Shown: in pieces, positions 1-13,400 of the stretch
Position numbering within the stretch: the stretch's first letter is position 1
Layout of the letters: the number at the start of each line of letters is the position of its first letter
DNA from: Phoronis australis
Lineage: Eukaryota > Animalia > Phoronida
Assembly: GCA_002633005.1 (NCBI GenBank)
Contig: NMRA01000113.1
Span: 340,441-404,440, forward strand
Length of the DNA: 64,000 bases
Reading direction: 5' to 3'
The notes under the pieces: model-generated
Database searches by the model: none
The model's input: only the letters and a program-made list of their open reading frames with translations
What the model was told of the DNA's origin: nothing
Position numbers and translations under genes: made by a program

Positions 1-172
1 GTTGTTTTGTGAAGTTTTATCACGTGTAAGCAGTGGCCCGAAACTTTCTTCGGCGAATCCGGGAATTTACAAAAGTGGCCGAAAGTGTTAGCCAATGAAA
101 CGCGTTAAAGATCGATTCTGCATATCCCATGTTCACGCGACTTGCTTACAAGTCATCGGGAGGCCAGGCGTG

Positions 173-313
173 CGTTCAGTAGACGCTAGGACTTATGCTA
201 GGACCTAGCTAAAACCTAGCCAAAGTCACGTGTTCTTATTTAAAATACACGGCAATACCTCACGTAATCTCGCGAAGTCTTGCTTTTTAGCGAGGTCCTA
301 GCGTTACTGAACG
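173..313. mobile_element. Small MITE with ~19-bp terminal inverted repeats
   Basis: cgttcagtagacgctaggac ... gtcctagcgttactgaacg, plus an internal inverted pair gctaggacctagctaaaa / tttttagcgaggtcctagc. Confidence 0.6.
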
Positions 314-763
314 GGAGGCTGTTCTCGGTTAGTGTTCTTTTGAACTTGTATTTGGCAACAACCAAATAAAGGTCGGATTAACAAGAGCTGTTTTGTATTT
401 GCCAGGTATCTGTTGAGAAGTGTAAAAACTCAGCTCGCATTCGTTGGAAATTCCAGGTCGCATTTTGCGACTTTATACGAGCTGACAAAAATCTCAGCTC
501 GCATTTCCAAATTTCAGGTCGCAAATGCGACTTGCAGTTCGTTATGTCGAGCCCTGGATACGTCACAGCTCGTAAATTTGCTTTCACCCTTTTGTTGGAG
601 ACCGTGTTTCAACCGCTTTAGGCTACAACAAGCGCCCCCCCTTCCGAAATGAATTTTTCTAACACCCTGGGCAAATACGGTAGCCCTAATAGATGTTGAC
701 ACCAACGAACAAAACAATGATTTTTATTGACCCTGGCAGCAAGTTTGTGGTGACAGACGCAAA

Positions 764-840
764 CGGGCCGGGCAACTGAATTTCGGGCCGGGCGACTAAA
801 TTTCGGGCCGGGCGTCTGAATTTCGGGCTGGGCGAGTAGA
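764..840. repeat. GC-rich 20-bp tandem repeat x~4 within probable non-autonomous DNA-transposon remnants (~430-890)
   Basis: Unit cgggccgggcgactgaattt. Nearby CCCTG/CAGGG termini-like motifs at 552-556, 665-669 and 870-874. Confidence 0.65.
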
Positions 841-1467
841 TTTTCTGGCTCACACGCCCAGCTGGCGAGCAGGGTTTTGAAACCTGGGTATATCCCTGTA
901 TTATATCACTTTAATTACACTAAGTCTGCTGGGCACAACTTTTTGAAAAAAGACACACTTTTTATCATCAGATGCGCCCAAAGGACACAGGTTCAAACCT
1001 GGCCAGGGATATCCCTGCTCTTCATAAGTTCAAACTGACCAATACTCGTTAACTCTGTGCCTGAGCTATGGTCGCAAAGGTTCGAATTCTTATGGTGACC
1101 CTGGTACGCATCCACTAACAGGAATCTGTGAAAATGTACAAATAAAAGGTTTTTTAAGATTTGTTTTAACTGATAGCCATACCAGGATATGACTCGACCT
1201 GATGTCATCCCTCAATGAAGCACTAAAGTCGCCATGATTTGCCAAAATCCAATGTATCTCTTGGACTGTAGCCAACCCTACAGTGGTTCAAAACAAAGAA
1301 GTCAGTAAAAAGATAACTACCCGAACAGCTTTATATTGTGTTATTTTGGTGCTAAACTGAGTGGTTCCCGTACTAGGAGGCATTAGAATTGCTGCGAATT
1401 TTATGTTGTGGTTGGTTGTTTTCAACCTGATTTGTTTTTTTTTTCAGGATAAACTTAAGCCATAACC

Positions 1468-4400
1468 ATGTACAACGGAATAGGTCTGGATACTGCCAGA
1501 GGAAGTGGCACCAATGGTTATGTTCAGAGGAATGTGGCTTTCATACGGCACCACAAGGACCGTGTGGACTACAAGTCTGAAGAAGAAATGAAAAAATTAG
1601 ATCAAATGTTAAACAAGGGCCCTAACCAGGAGATACTGAACCATGACCGCAAGCGCAAAGTGGAGTTGAAGTGTCTTGAAATGCAAGAGTTGATGGAAGA
1701 GCAAGGGTGAGTGGGCACAGCGGCCAGCTGAGCTGATAGTGGATTTACTATCTGTATGGTCCACAGATGACTGGCTCTAATACCTATGTTGGCTGACTCA
1801 TTGTCTACTGACTATTACTCAATTATGTCAGTTTTTCAAACAAGTAAATATTTAGGTTCTTTCATAATACCTGTTTTTCCAATGCAAACTACTGAGTTTA
1901 GTTGGGATTGCTGCAGATGTCTTGATTATCTTATGTTATGAAATGTGAACGTGTTATTTGTGTTTCTGCTGTTAAATGCACGAATTGAGAGATTTCCCTA
2001 GCATTATTTCACACTGTACTTTCTTTTAGTTGAGAATAACTCATTGCTCTTTCAAATTGACACTTTACATAAAAGTATATTATTACTGACAATATATTTG
2101 ATTGTTTTCTGTATTGTTACAGATATTCTACTGAAGAAATTGAGAAAAAGGTGGCTATCTTCAGGAAAATGTTGACTGACAAAGAAGGTGTAACCGAGCA
2201 TGCAATAGATCGGGATGAGGCAGGCCGACCAACGTAGGTTCAAAGTTTCTTATGTTTTATATATGTTGCAGTAAGAGGCCCTCATCGTCTCACTTTTGTT
2301 GGTAAAGATCTGACCCATTAACCTCGAAAACAACTCATGGAGGCAGTTGTCCTCAGAAGGTTTTTACTGTAAATGTTTATGTTGTCATGACTATTAGCCT
2401 TGCTAGCGCTTGCAAGTGCAGGGTTGGTTACATAATATTGTGTAAGGACAGCTTTTCTTCAGTGAAACAGTAAACTGCACATGGGTAGTTGTGGGTGGTT
2501 TAAGCAGTGTATTACAGGCTTTGAATCCCACACAAAGACTTTGGCTGTGGGAAAGAAATTTTCCCCTAAATATTAATTGCCTATCAGATGTCACAGACAG
2601 CTATCCTAGGTGAACGGGGACCATAAGTAAACATAAGACTTTTTGTTCAAGCTTTAATTTTGTATTGTAGTGTGTGGTAATTTTGAGTTAATTACCAGCA
2701 TTTTCCTTCTAAAAACTGCCGGATCAGCCCAATTAGTGGCTTGTATGACATTGAGGTCTATATAGATTATATGTTTGCATGGTTTTGAGATAATCACATG
2801 GGCTGGAATCAAACTAAGATTGTGCTTGTCAATCAGTTTAAAGGAACTTTGTTTTCTTCAGGACTTTGGCTACCTGTTCATCTCATTAATTAGTTCCCTG
2901 GTTAAGTTGCAGTGTCTTATTTTTCTTGCACTTTGTAGAGCTAAAGAAACTCATCAGATAGCAGAAGCAGCTGCTGAGAAAACCCAACAACTGCGTGCAG
3001 CTTTTGGCCTCAGTGAATACTACCAAGATGGCAGCTCATTTGATCCAAACAGGCGAGCTAAGGAGAAAGAATTGGAGGCTAAAGCCATGGCAGAAAAACA
3101 ATATGCGTAAGCAGTTTGCAGGGTTTCAGACAAAATGTCCAAGCACAGATTCAATTAGTTTCTAACGTCACTTGTTATAATGTATACTTAACAGATTCAC
3201 TTTATGTTCAATACATACCGTCACACATTATAATGTACATTTAGCACAGATTCATTTAACATTCAGTACAAGCGGTTACATGTAATATTGTATACTAAAC
3301 CCAGAATTTTCAATTTATACATGCGATTGCATGTTTTAATGTATTCTATCCTTTATTCTTCAACGAGAACAGTACTCTCTGTGGGAGGTTGCTCATCTGT
3401 GTTTTTAATTTCTAATACCATGCTTAACTAGCTATGTATTATAGCTCTGTGAATTTATTTTCATCCAAATTGTGAAACACGTTTGTGATCAAACAAGTAT
3501 AAATTATAGAAATTAATTAACACAAGCAACCAAGGCATTATGATGGACGTCCATTAAAATTGAAAGTCATTTCAATTAGTACCTATTTTTGATGTGAGGA
3601 CCATTTTTTTAATGTGAGTAGAGGTTAGGATGTTTCAAAGCAAATGAACTGCGTTAATATCTTTTTGTGGTTTGGTTACACTAGTATACTTTGATAACCG
3701 TTCTTCCCTAAAGCAAGTTTGTTTTTCTGTGTGTTACTCTTGGACATATCTACAATCGAACAGTTGCTCAGTGGATGAAACCCGTATTGCAAGACTTTAA
3801 TACGTCAGTGAGAGTGCAGTGAACTAGATTATGCAAATTACATCTGGTCAGATGTTTAGTATATCAACACTGTCTTTTTCAGTATTGTCAAGAGTTCAAG
3901 CTCGTCGAGGTCACCTTCGCCGGTACCAAAGAAAAAAAAGAAAAAGGCCAGGTTGGTAGTATTGTATGGTTGATAGTATTGTATGGTTGGTACTATTGTA
4001 TGGTTGGTAGTATTGTATTATTGGTAGTATTGTATGGTTGGTAGCGTTGTATTAGTCAAACTTAGCACCTGATGTCACGCAGTGAACCTGATGTCCTGTT
4101 TACCTGTCCATAGACCCTGAGTTTTGTAAACAGGAATCCTATTTCCCAGTTCTTGTTCCACTGTGGAAGGGAAGGACTGGTGCTCTTTAGTACGCTAACT
4201 GATTATTTCAAGAAAATTTTCTTTTTGGAATGAATTCAATTAAAAGCTCTTTAGGCTTTCCTGATATTTTTGTCTTTCCAAAAATATGATTAAAAGTGTG
4301 ATGGGATCAACCAAATTTGTCTCTGGATGTTATCTGTACCAGTGATGTAATGTGCATGATGATATCCAGTCTTGTACCCTCTGTTTGAATTGGACTCTAA

Positions 4401-7400
4401 CTAAGGTACCCATAATTAAAATGTTGGTCTTTTTCTTTAAATATCTAAGTAACAGGCAGCTGTCAAGTGTGAAACTAGGAACTGAGATAAATCTATTCAT
4501 GTTATCAACAACACTGTGCCATTCTCGTGGTCACGTGACCATGCGTTGTAGGCAAAATATTTTTGAAAGGTACATTGATATGAAGAAAGTCCTTCCACCA
4601 GAATTCAACAAAATGCTCAAAAAGCGTGTCTGGGATTTTCCATAGTTAGTGTCAATATTGTTAATGGTATTTTGTTTATGAAGTTAGGCTACATGTAACT
4701 TGGCAATGAAGTAGCAACCAAAATGGTTGTATTGAGAAAATGTTAATCACTTATGAGCAGATGTTCAAATAGAAAGTTGGTTGAAATTGTGTATTAAGTT
4801 GTTTGTCTTTGTTCAGGTCAGAGACTCCTTCTCCCTCTAGAAGCAAGAAAAAGAAGTCAAAAAAACAAAAACGTGAAAGGTGGGCTTTTTAGAATGGTTG
4901 TTACTAACACTTTAATCTATAGGGTACACTGGTAGAAATTAACAAGTTTTGTGAGGTACAATACGCATGCATTTCAGAAAAACGCACAACTTTGGTTAAA
5001 ACACGCTTATTTTTATGTTCCCATGTATACATATATGGGCGCATATTGCTGTCGTATCTGTCGGTGCATCTGATGTCCTATATCTCCTAAACCTCGTGCA
5101 GCATGTTAATGAAATTTCACAGATGTGCTCCTACAACGCTAACCACAGATGGCCACGAATTTTGAACTGATGTAACTACCCCTCTACCTCCTTGAGGGAA
5201 TTTTAGTTTTTACATTTGCCTTTGAATTTACGGAGTTCTTGGATGGATTTTGTCGTCCGCGTCTCTAGCTGCCAAACTGCTTAAAGGATCATTATGAAAA
5301 TTGGCAGATGTATTCCAGCCAAGAAGACTAGGTTAGCGTTGATTTTTGGATAAGCCCGACTACTGAGATGGTCCCTAGTGGTAATTTTTCTGTCTGTGGT
5401 TGTATTTCCTTTACCTATTATAGGAACTTTGTGGAATTTGGCAAGCATTTTGAATGTAAAAACAGACGTCAACAAGTTTCGGATGTATCCAACTACCGCT
5501 GTATCGCCTAATGGCAACTTTTTCCATTTACGTCGGTTTCTTCAGTGTTTCTTGTAGGTTTTCATGAAATTTTATCAGGTGTCTATAGTGGAGACGACAA
5601 TGTATTCCCATTTTTGGATGGATTCATCATATTCTGCACCACCTGCTATGGCTGCTGGTGACCATATTTCATTATTTGTGAATCTGTCTGTTGGTGTCTG
5701 TTTCGCTACCAGCTAAACCGTTCCAAGGATCGTTAAAATTGACAAAATGTGTTTTTGCTAAGAAAACCACAAATGATGATTTTTGGATGGCTCTGACTGC
5801 TGTGGAACCTTTTAGTCGCAATTTTTTTCCCTTGCAGGATCAATATGGCAAGCGTTTTCCTATGAATGTTACAATGAATGATTACATTTTTCTGGTGGAT
5901 CCGACTAGTGTTGTACCCCCAAGTTTTAATTTTAGTTTTTATTTTTACACTTATATCTATTATTACAGTTTCTTGACAGAATTTCATGAAATTTGTCAAA
6001 AAAGTGTCTGTTAAGGATACCACAATACCTTATTTTTATCTTTAAGAAAATTTCAGATGTTTTCCTACTGGCAACATCATGACTTACATTTTTTTCGACG
6101 GGCTAGACTACTGTGGCACCCCTTAGTGGCAATCTTTTGCATTTACAACAATTACATCTCCTTAACACCTTGTAGCATATATGTGAAATTTGGCAGGAGT
6201 GACAACAGATGACAAATGTCTTTTGGACGCATCCAACTTGTGCTTTTTCTTGCAGAGGCAATTCTATTTTTACGCGTTTGTCTCTCTTTGGAGTTCTTGG
6301 ACAGATTTCTGTGAAATTTGTTTTAGGGAGGCTGCGAAGCCTTGTCATTTTTATATGGGTTCGACATACTCTGTGTTACGTATTGGCCATTTCTGATATC
6401 CCTAGTAGCATACTGTTTGCGGTGCAGTCATGGGTGCATTTCAAGGCTTTGTGTTTCTCTTGTTTCACTTTTTGTATATTTTCGTTTGGTGTTTTTTCTT
6501 GTCATGTCCGAGTACTTGTTCAAATTATACACAAGATATACCCACATCATTACAGTCAGAAGCATACATTCTACTGTGACAATTTCCCTTCCCTCAATCT
6601 CCCCCTCCCTTCCTAGCCATCCCTTCATCTGCAATATTGATTCATTGCATAAGTACTCTGGCATTGTGTATGCCATTTCAACTTCTCAGAGAACTGTACG
6701 TTATTAAGAATTGTCCTAACTGGTCGTGTTAACATCAAGTACTGTGCTCCTTTTTATGCTTGCCTATTATAGAACAAAGGTAAGGAAACATGTTTTAACA
6801 GCAGAAGATTAGAAATGGTTCTTTTTATGGTAACAGTTAATAGTGATTATCTGTGGTTGCAGATAATTCATTTTAACGGTCTATCAAGTGAAGTGTATTC
6901 GAATGAGTACTTGACCGTCACCAGTAATATTACATGTACTGTTCAAATGTTTACACATGTTGCCAGTGTGAGCGTTTGAACATCACTATTGATGCTTACA
7001 GTTATAGTCACTGTGAACATTTGAACATTGCCGTTGGCGCAGTTACCTTAACTTTCATATGTTACAAATTGTCAGTTAACCTTTGAATATTATCAGTGAA
7101 TGATGGCCGTAGGTCGATGTTTCTTTGGCTTGGCTTTCTCATAGTGCCACCTGAATAAAATGTGTTAGGGGTATCACCTGTTTGCATGATATGACTTTAG
7201 AATAAATGTGTTCCTTTTTCTAGAATTGAAATTTGAATTATGTCTATTGCAGATCGGAATCTCCTAAAGCTAAGGAGAGAGGCAAACAGAAAAAGAAGAA
7301 AAAGCAGCGTACTCCCTCTCCTTCTGAATCTGATAGTAATTCTGATAGTGGTAGCCACTCTCACAGGTATAACAAGCATCGCTAATACTATTTAATTGCT

Positions 7401-10400
7401 GTTGTTACATCAGTCTTCATTTATCCACTCTTCTTCCTTTTAATACCCTTCATTGGTTACCTGTGTTTGGTAAGCATTGTATTACTGGTTATATGTTGCC
7501 TCATTTTCTGCATTTTAGTGAATTTTGTTTTGACTTTTGTGTTATGTTAGTTGTTTTTTTGTGTTCTCTTGGGGTTGCTCTTACAAAAGCAAGGAGCAGT
7601 GACATATTGTAGTAACATGTGGGTGAGTGCTTAAATATCATATGTTTTTTGTACTGTGGTGGACGGTACCTTTTGCTTGGTTAGCAACTTGTTAATACAT
7701 AAACGATGCAAAGATCTCTCTGAAAACCGTATTAATCATTGACACCATTCAGCTTTAAAAAGTATACTTTCCCTCCATCATACATGTACATTTATGCAAG
7801 AAAGGTTGTATGAACCCAAATTGCACTTATACACGTTAAAAGATCTTATATCATTTTGTTGCATAGGTAGTGTAAGAAAAGACGTTTGTCATTTGCTTTT
7901 CCATTTCCCACTCCAACTATTTTAGCTGATAACCTTTAGGGTGATGATTTGTATAGTCTTGAGAAAGTATATATTTGATCTTTGACGAGATCGAATTACA
8001 GTGCCTTGGGCAACTTGATCAGAAATAATATAAAGGAAAATCCAAGTCTTTGTATTGACTGGTTTGTGCGCATGTTGCCTGGCTTTACAAAGACTGGGTG
8101 ATTTGACTATAGCCTGATTCCTGCGTTGAAATACTCAGCTTGCATGAGTACACCAGCTGTCAATCCAAGTAGTGGCACGTTATTACTTCTCTCTCTCTCT
8201 CTCTGTCACTGTTGTCAGTAGGAGTGGCTAGGTACTTGTACAGGTGGTCACATGCATGTTGTACTCTACTGTGGTGTTCTGTTACTGCTGACTTACTGGT
8301 ATAGTCCACGGTGACACTGCCCATTCTTCTGTTTGTGTGTTGGGCACAAATTGGCACTGTTGTTGTACCCATGGTAACCTGATACCATCATTGGTCAGTT
8401 TCATCGATACATTGCATTATAAAAATACAAGTTGATGCAACCATGTTGTTGTCAAACAGTTCCTTGTTGCTTATCACTGGTTGTTTAACTGCTAAACTGA
8501 TTCTGGCGTAATTGCCATCACCTTGTGTTGGATGTGTTAATTGCACCATCACATTATTCTGGTGTTGATTACACCATCATGATTTGCCGGTGTTGATTGC
8601 ACCATCGCCGCCGTGTGCCGGTGTTGATTGCACCATCACCTTGTACGGGTGTTGATAAGTTATTTTCCTAGCAACTCTACTTTCTTATTTTGTCACATTC
8701 GTTGTGGAGTTGAGATGTCTCTTTTGTGATACACAGAGAGCAGTTTTGTTAACTCATGATTTACAGAGATGGTTGTATCCCATCGTCAAATTAGTAAGAA
8801 AGTGGCAACTTGCCATTAGTACCTTGCTTTCTACTTCAGTTTAAAACTGCATGCTGTTAATGAGTTTAAGTGTCAGAAATGTCAAGTAAATAGGGTTGAC
8901 CAAAGTTACAGTGCGAGTGGAGTGGCTGGTGAAAACTGCTCACCCCTCAGCCAATCCGTGTCTAAACTGGACATAGCATATTTTGAATTAGATGAATAGA
9001 AATAGATGAACAGAAATATGGTGGCAAATTGCTCAGAGCTCGACTGCTGTCCCTGTGGTTTTGGATTCACTAGATTATTTGGAACACTAAGTTGAGAAGC
9101 ACACAGGAATCAACAAATACATAATTTATGTACAGGATGTTTCAAAAAGATGGACCTGGTTTAAATCTATTCAGTTCACCTTTTTGAATCCCCTGTGTTG
9201 TATCAAGTTACCATGGCAGTACCTGTGAATTTCAAGTCGTTAATCGTTTTAACCAAAACATCTTACGGAATCAAGCATATATTTTTATTTTAAAAGTCAT
9301 TGTTTGAAACAATTACTGTATAAGAGATTCCAAGTAGGAGACATACTATGATTGACTTTGTGTAAGGTGAACATTGTGTATACATTTGAAGTCTTTCATG
9401 TACTGTGTTGATTGTGAGGACTGATGTATATTGTTGAGGTTTTGTTATCTCAATATACGTTCACTTGGCGCTGAAATGTTATGTTGTGTGCAGTTCATAT
9501 GAGGACCATACATTTTAAGGGATGTTCACTGAACTTTCCATAAAAGAGATGATTTGAGTCGACAAGTAGTTCATCAATTTTGATTTGGCAAAACTATGAA
9601 TGACGAAAGAAGTGTACATGTAAAGAGTTTATTATTGAAACTAGTGTATGTTTTTGTTGATTGTATGGATTTATTTGTATCACCTGATCTTAAGTATTAA
9701 TTAGCAAAAGTTTCTGTTTAGCACTTATCTCATTAATTGGTTTTCGGTGGTTCAATCTTCTGTTTTACCTAAGTTCAATAGATTTGTTGTAAATAAACTT
9801 TTTGTGTTTCTATTCATTGTGCTTCTAATTCTAAGTCAGTCGTGAAATGACATTGTCTTTATTGAATTGTTTAATGAATTTTGATTGTATTATAGTTGTC
9901 AACAAATAAAAATTCATTATTTTTGTCTCTTTTGTGCTTCGTTTCAATGCATTTTCCCAGGGGTTCTACAAGAGGTAAAACTTTTTATCAGAAGTTGTCA
10001 CAAACAACCAAGATAATTTCATATACATGTTTTGGGTAATGCATCACATTACCAGCTGTAGTTCTTGCATTATTGTTAGTCTCAGTTTTGTTGGTGTGGT
10101 TCAAAACTTTTATTGTTTATGGCAATGAAACAAAATCACATTGCAACCATTTTGTGCTTGGTCAGTTGGTGTTGATTCAATCCAAGGTAGTTTATATTTG
10201 CGGAGAATAAAACTAGAATCAATATCAAACGACTAAACATTGGCCTTGAGTATGCAATGTGGTTTTCATTTCATACTTTGGAAGTCAAAATAGGCTGTCC
10301 ACTACCCATGTTGCATGCATGTGATAATATGTGGTCGGACAGTTTCAATGCATTCATAGATATTCTCTTATTTATGTGATGTGCTGCAGACCCAATGGTA

Positions 10401-13400
10401 ATGTACAAAGTGTTGTCTGCTTGGGATTTGGATTTTTAGAGTCTATTCAATTTGGTTTTTAACAATTTGATAAAACAGTATTTTCATACATGTTGGGGAA
10501 ATACAATTCTTCAAGTGTTAAAGTATGTGTGTGAATAGACTGGCTTTTCTTCTTACCACGGAGTATGTTACAACCATGTGTACATTTACAGCACGTGCAG
10601 TCCGCCATCTGGTCTTCAGACCAAGAAGAAGTCGACAGGAATTGAAGGTGGACAGAAAAATGGCATTCAATTAGAGAGCTTGAACGTGGGTGCTGTGACG
10701 AAGAATGGATACAAGGCTACTCCTGCTGAAAGGTTGGTGTGAATCTAGCTGTATTCACAGACAAGTGATAGATTCAAAGAGGTACCATCAGTACCACTAC
10801 TGGCATTGTATGCTTATGTTCAGTTAGGTGACTAGGTGCTCCGATAAGCTGTTTGATTGCACAAATGATATGATATTCCTCTACACAAGTTACCTGCATT
10901 TGAAAGTTAATGTTCTGGTTGTCTAATGTCAGAAATAGGAAAATCACTAGTTGTCGATGAGGCCACATTTCCGCAAGTCACATTTAAATCACTGGAATAT
11001 TTGTTATATGTTATGAAGGTGAACTTCTTTCACTTGCTGCTTGTTTATTGGGATGCATATTTAGCTGAACATGAAGTCTGTTTCATTCGTTTAACACTTT
11101 TTCTCATTTGTTCTCCTTACCATATTAATCCGTAAATTCATCTTTTCACTTATTATCACAACTGATGTTTGTTGTTCAAAGATGGTGAGTTACCGTTTTG
11201 TTTACAACATATGTTCAGACTTCTTGACTATCTGGAGTTATTAGCTTGATTCACTTGTATCTATTTCCATGTTTGTATTGACAATGTAGTTTGTGTGTTT
11301 GGCGTTTATTAACTTGATGTCAGTATGTCTATAGATCAACAACACCTATTCATAACACAAACCTGCAGTCCAAGTCCCCTCAGGAACCATCCAAGACAGT
11401 GAAATCAAAACATTCACGATCCAAAACACCCAAATGGTCACGTTCTCCAACTCCTGCAAGGCGCCGCAGGAGCTACAGTAGATGCAGGTCTAGGTAAGTG
11501 TAGTGTGCGATCTTAACATATAGATGAACCAATGCTGCTGAATTTTTGGTACTGCCTTGGCCGCATGCTCCTTAAACCAGTTATGATATTTTATTCACAG
11601 TTACATATTCTATGTTATCATCAGTTTGCTGCATTTAGTAACTTTTTTGTTTATAATACCACGCTATGGTCTTATTACACTTCTTATGTTTGTTTACAAC
11701 ACCACTGTCAAGGTCTTATTACATTTCTCATGTTTGTTTACAACACCGCTGTCAAGGTCTTGTTACACTTCTCATGTTTGTTTACAACACCGCTGTCAAG
11801 GTCTTATTACACTTCTCATGTTTGTTTACAACACCGCTGTCAAGGTCTTATTACACTTCTTATGTTTGTTTACAACACCACTGTCAAGGTCTTATTACAC
11901 TTCTTATGTTTGTTTACAACACCACCATCAAGGTCTTATTACACTTATGTTTGTTTACAACACCACTGTCAAGGTCTTATTACACTTCTTATGTTTGTTT
12001 ACAACACCACTTTAAGGTCTTTCTTCACTTCTTGTGTTTGCTTACAACACCGTCAAGGTCTTACTGCACTTCTTATGTTTGTTTACAACACCACTGTCTA
12101 GATCTTACTGCACTTCTCATGTTTGTTTACAGTTCCACTTCAAGGTCTTACTACACTTCTTCATCCTCAAGGTCTTGGTCTAGGTATTGAATTGTATTCG
12201 ATGTTTTGTTTCAAATTTGTTATCATTTCATGGTTAGACTATGGTAATACCTTGTAAATTGTAAATTAACACTGTCTTATCAACTATCTTCCACATGCCT
12301 TCATTCAGCTTTCATGTCATCCTAGATCACCCAGAAAACGAAGAAGTAAAAAGTCTCGCAAGCGGCGTTCCTACACCCGTTCACGAAGCCGACGACGTTC
12401 ATACTCTCGATCTCGCAGTAGATCCCGTAGTCCATCTATTCGTCGTCGTTCTGGATCACCAAGTCATCTTGATAGACGTCGGATAACCAGGTAACCTTGG
12501 CCGCACTGTTGTGATTAGCAAATTGATGTTGTCTCGTTTTCCTATCTTCAAGCATATTTTGTACATCTCTGTACTCTTATTATTATTATTTGTTACATTT
12601 TTTTCATCATTCTAATTTAGATTTTACCTGTTTGACCTTCTGTGCAAAGATGTCATATTGTTTATGAGTTGTATTTGTGTATTTCCTTTTCTGACTCTCT
12701 AAAGATCACATGACAGCTACAAGGATAGAAGGAGTTATTCTCGATCATCATCATCATCAGCCCGATCGTCGAGGTCAAGGTCACGATCTTATGGTGGACG
12801 ATACTAGAAGCAGCCGTGCGTGAAGACATGGTAGACTGCCAGTTTGATGCTAGATCTATGCTGCTCACTTTTGACCTTTCACACGATTAACCCTAACCGT
12901 TTGGCTGCTTGTTCATAAAGAGATGAACTAAGAACGCAAGACTTTAATTCACACACTGGTTTTGCCATGATTGCTCTCATCATTTCTTGGAAAAGGTTAT
13001 CAATATTTTTCATCACTTAAGATATTTCGAAACATTGGTTACATTCTGTTGCAAGAGTGGGTTTACAAAGTGACAATTTTAATTTTAACATTGGTTGTGA
13101 ATTTTATGATATTTTGTAAACTTTGATGAGGCCAGTGCTGCCGTGCTAGCGCATTTTTTATGAGCAGACAGCTATTGCTAACTAAACTTACTAATCTTCT
13201 TTACAGATGCACAGCTGTGATGTCTGTACATTTGACATTGAGTTGCACCAACTACCACTTATTAACATTGAATGCTTCATTAAACCAGTTGTTCTTCTCA
13301 CTCCTTTAACACTGCTTTCTGGTTTATGTAAACTTTGCAGATTTAATAAGTTGTAATATGTTTTTCTTTTTTACTTTTCTCATTTGAGACTGACCTAGTT

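Noticed and set aside
378-1275. Short ORFs upstream of the Srrm2/3/4 start
   Set aside because: They lie in repeat-derived sequence of the presumed 5'UTR intron and have no recognisable protein features.
11532-12190. Three overlapping 129-189 aa ORFs
   Set aside because: Artefact of a stop-free 44-bp intronic minisatellite; all three frames give the same cyclic peptide.
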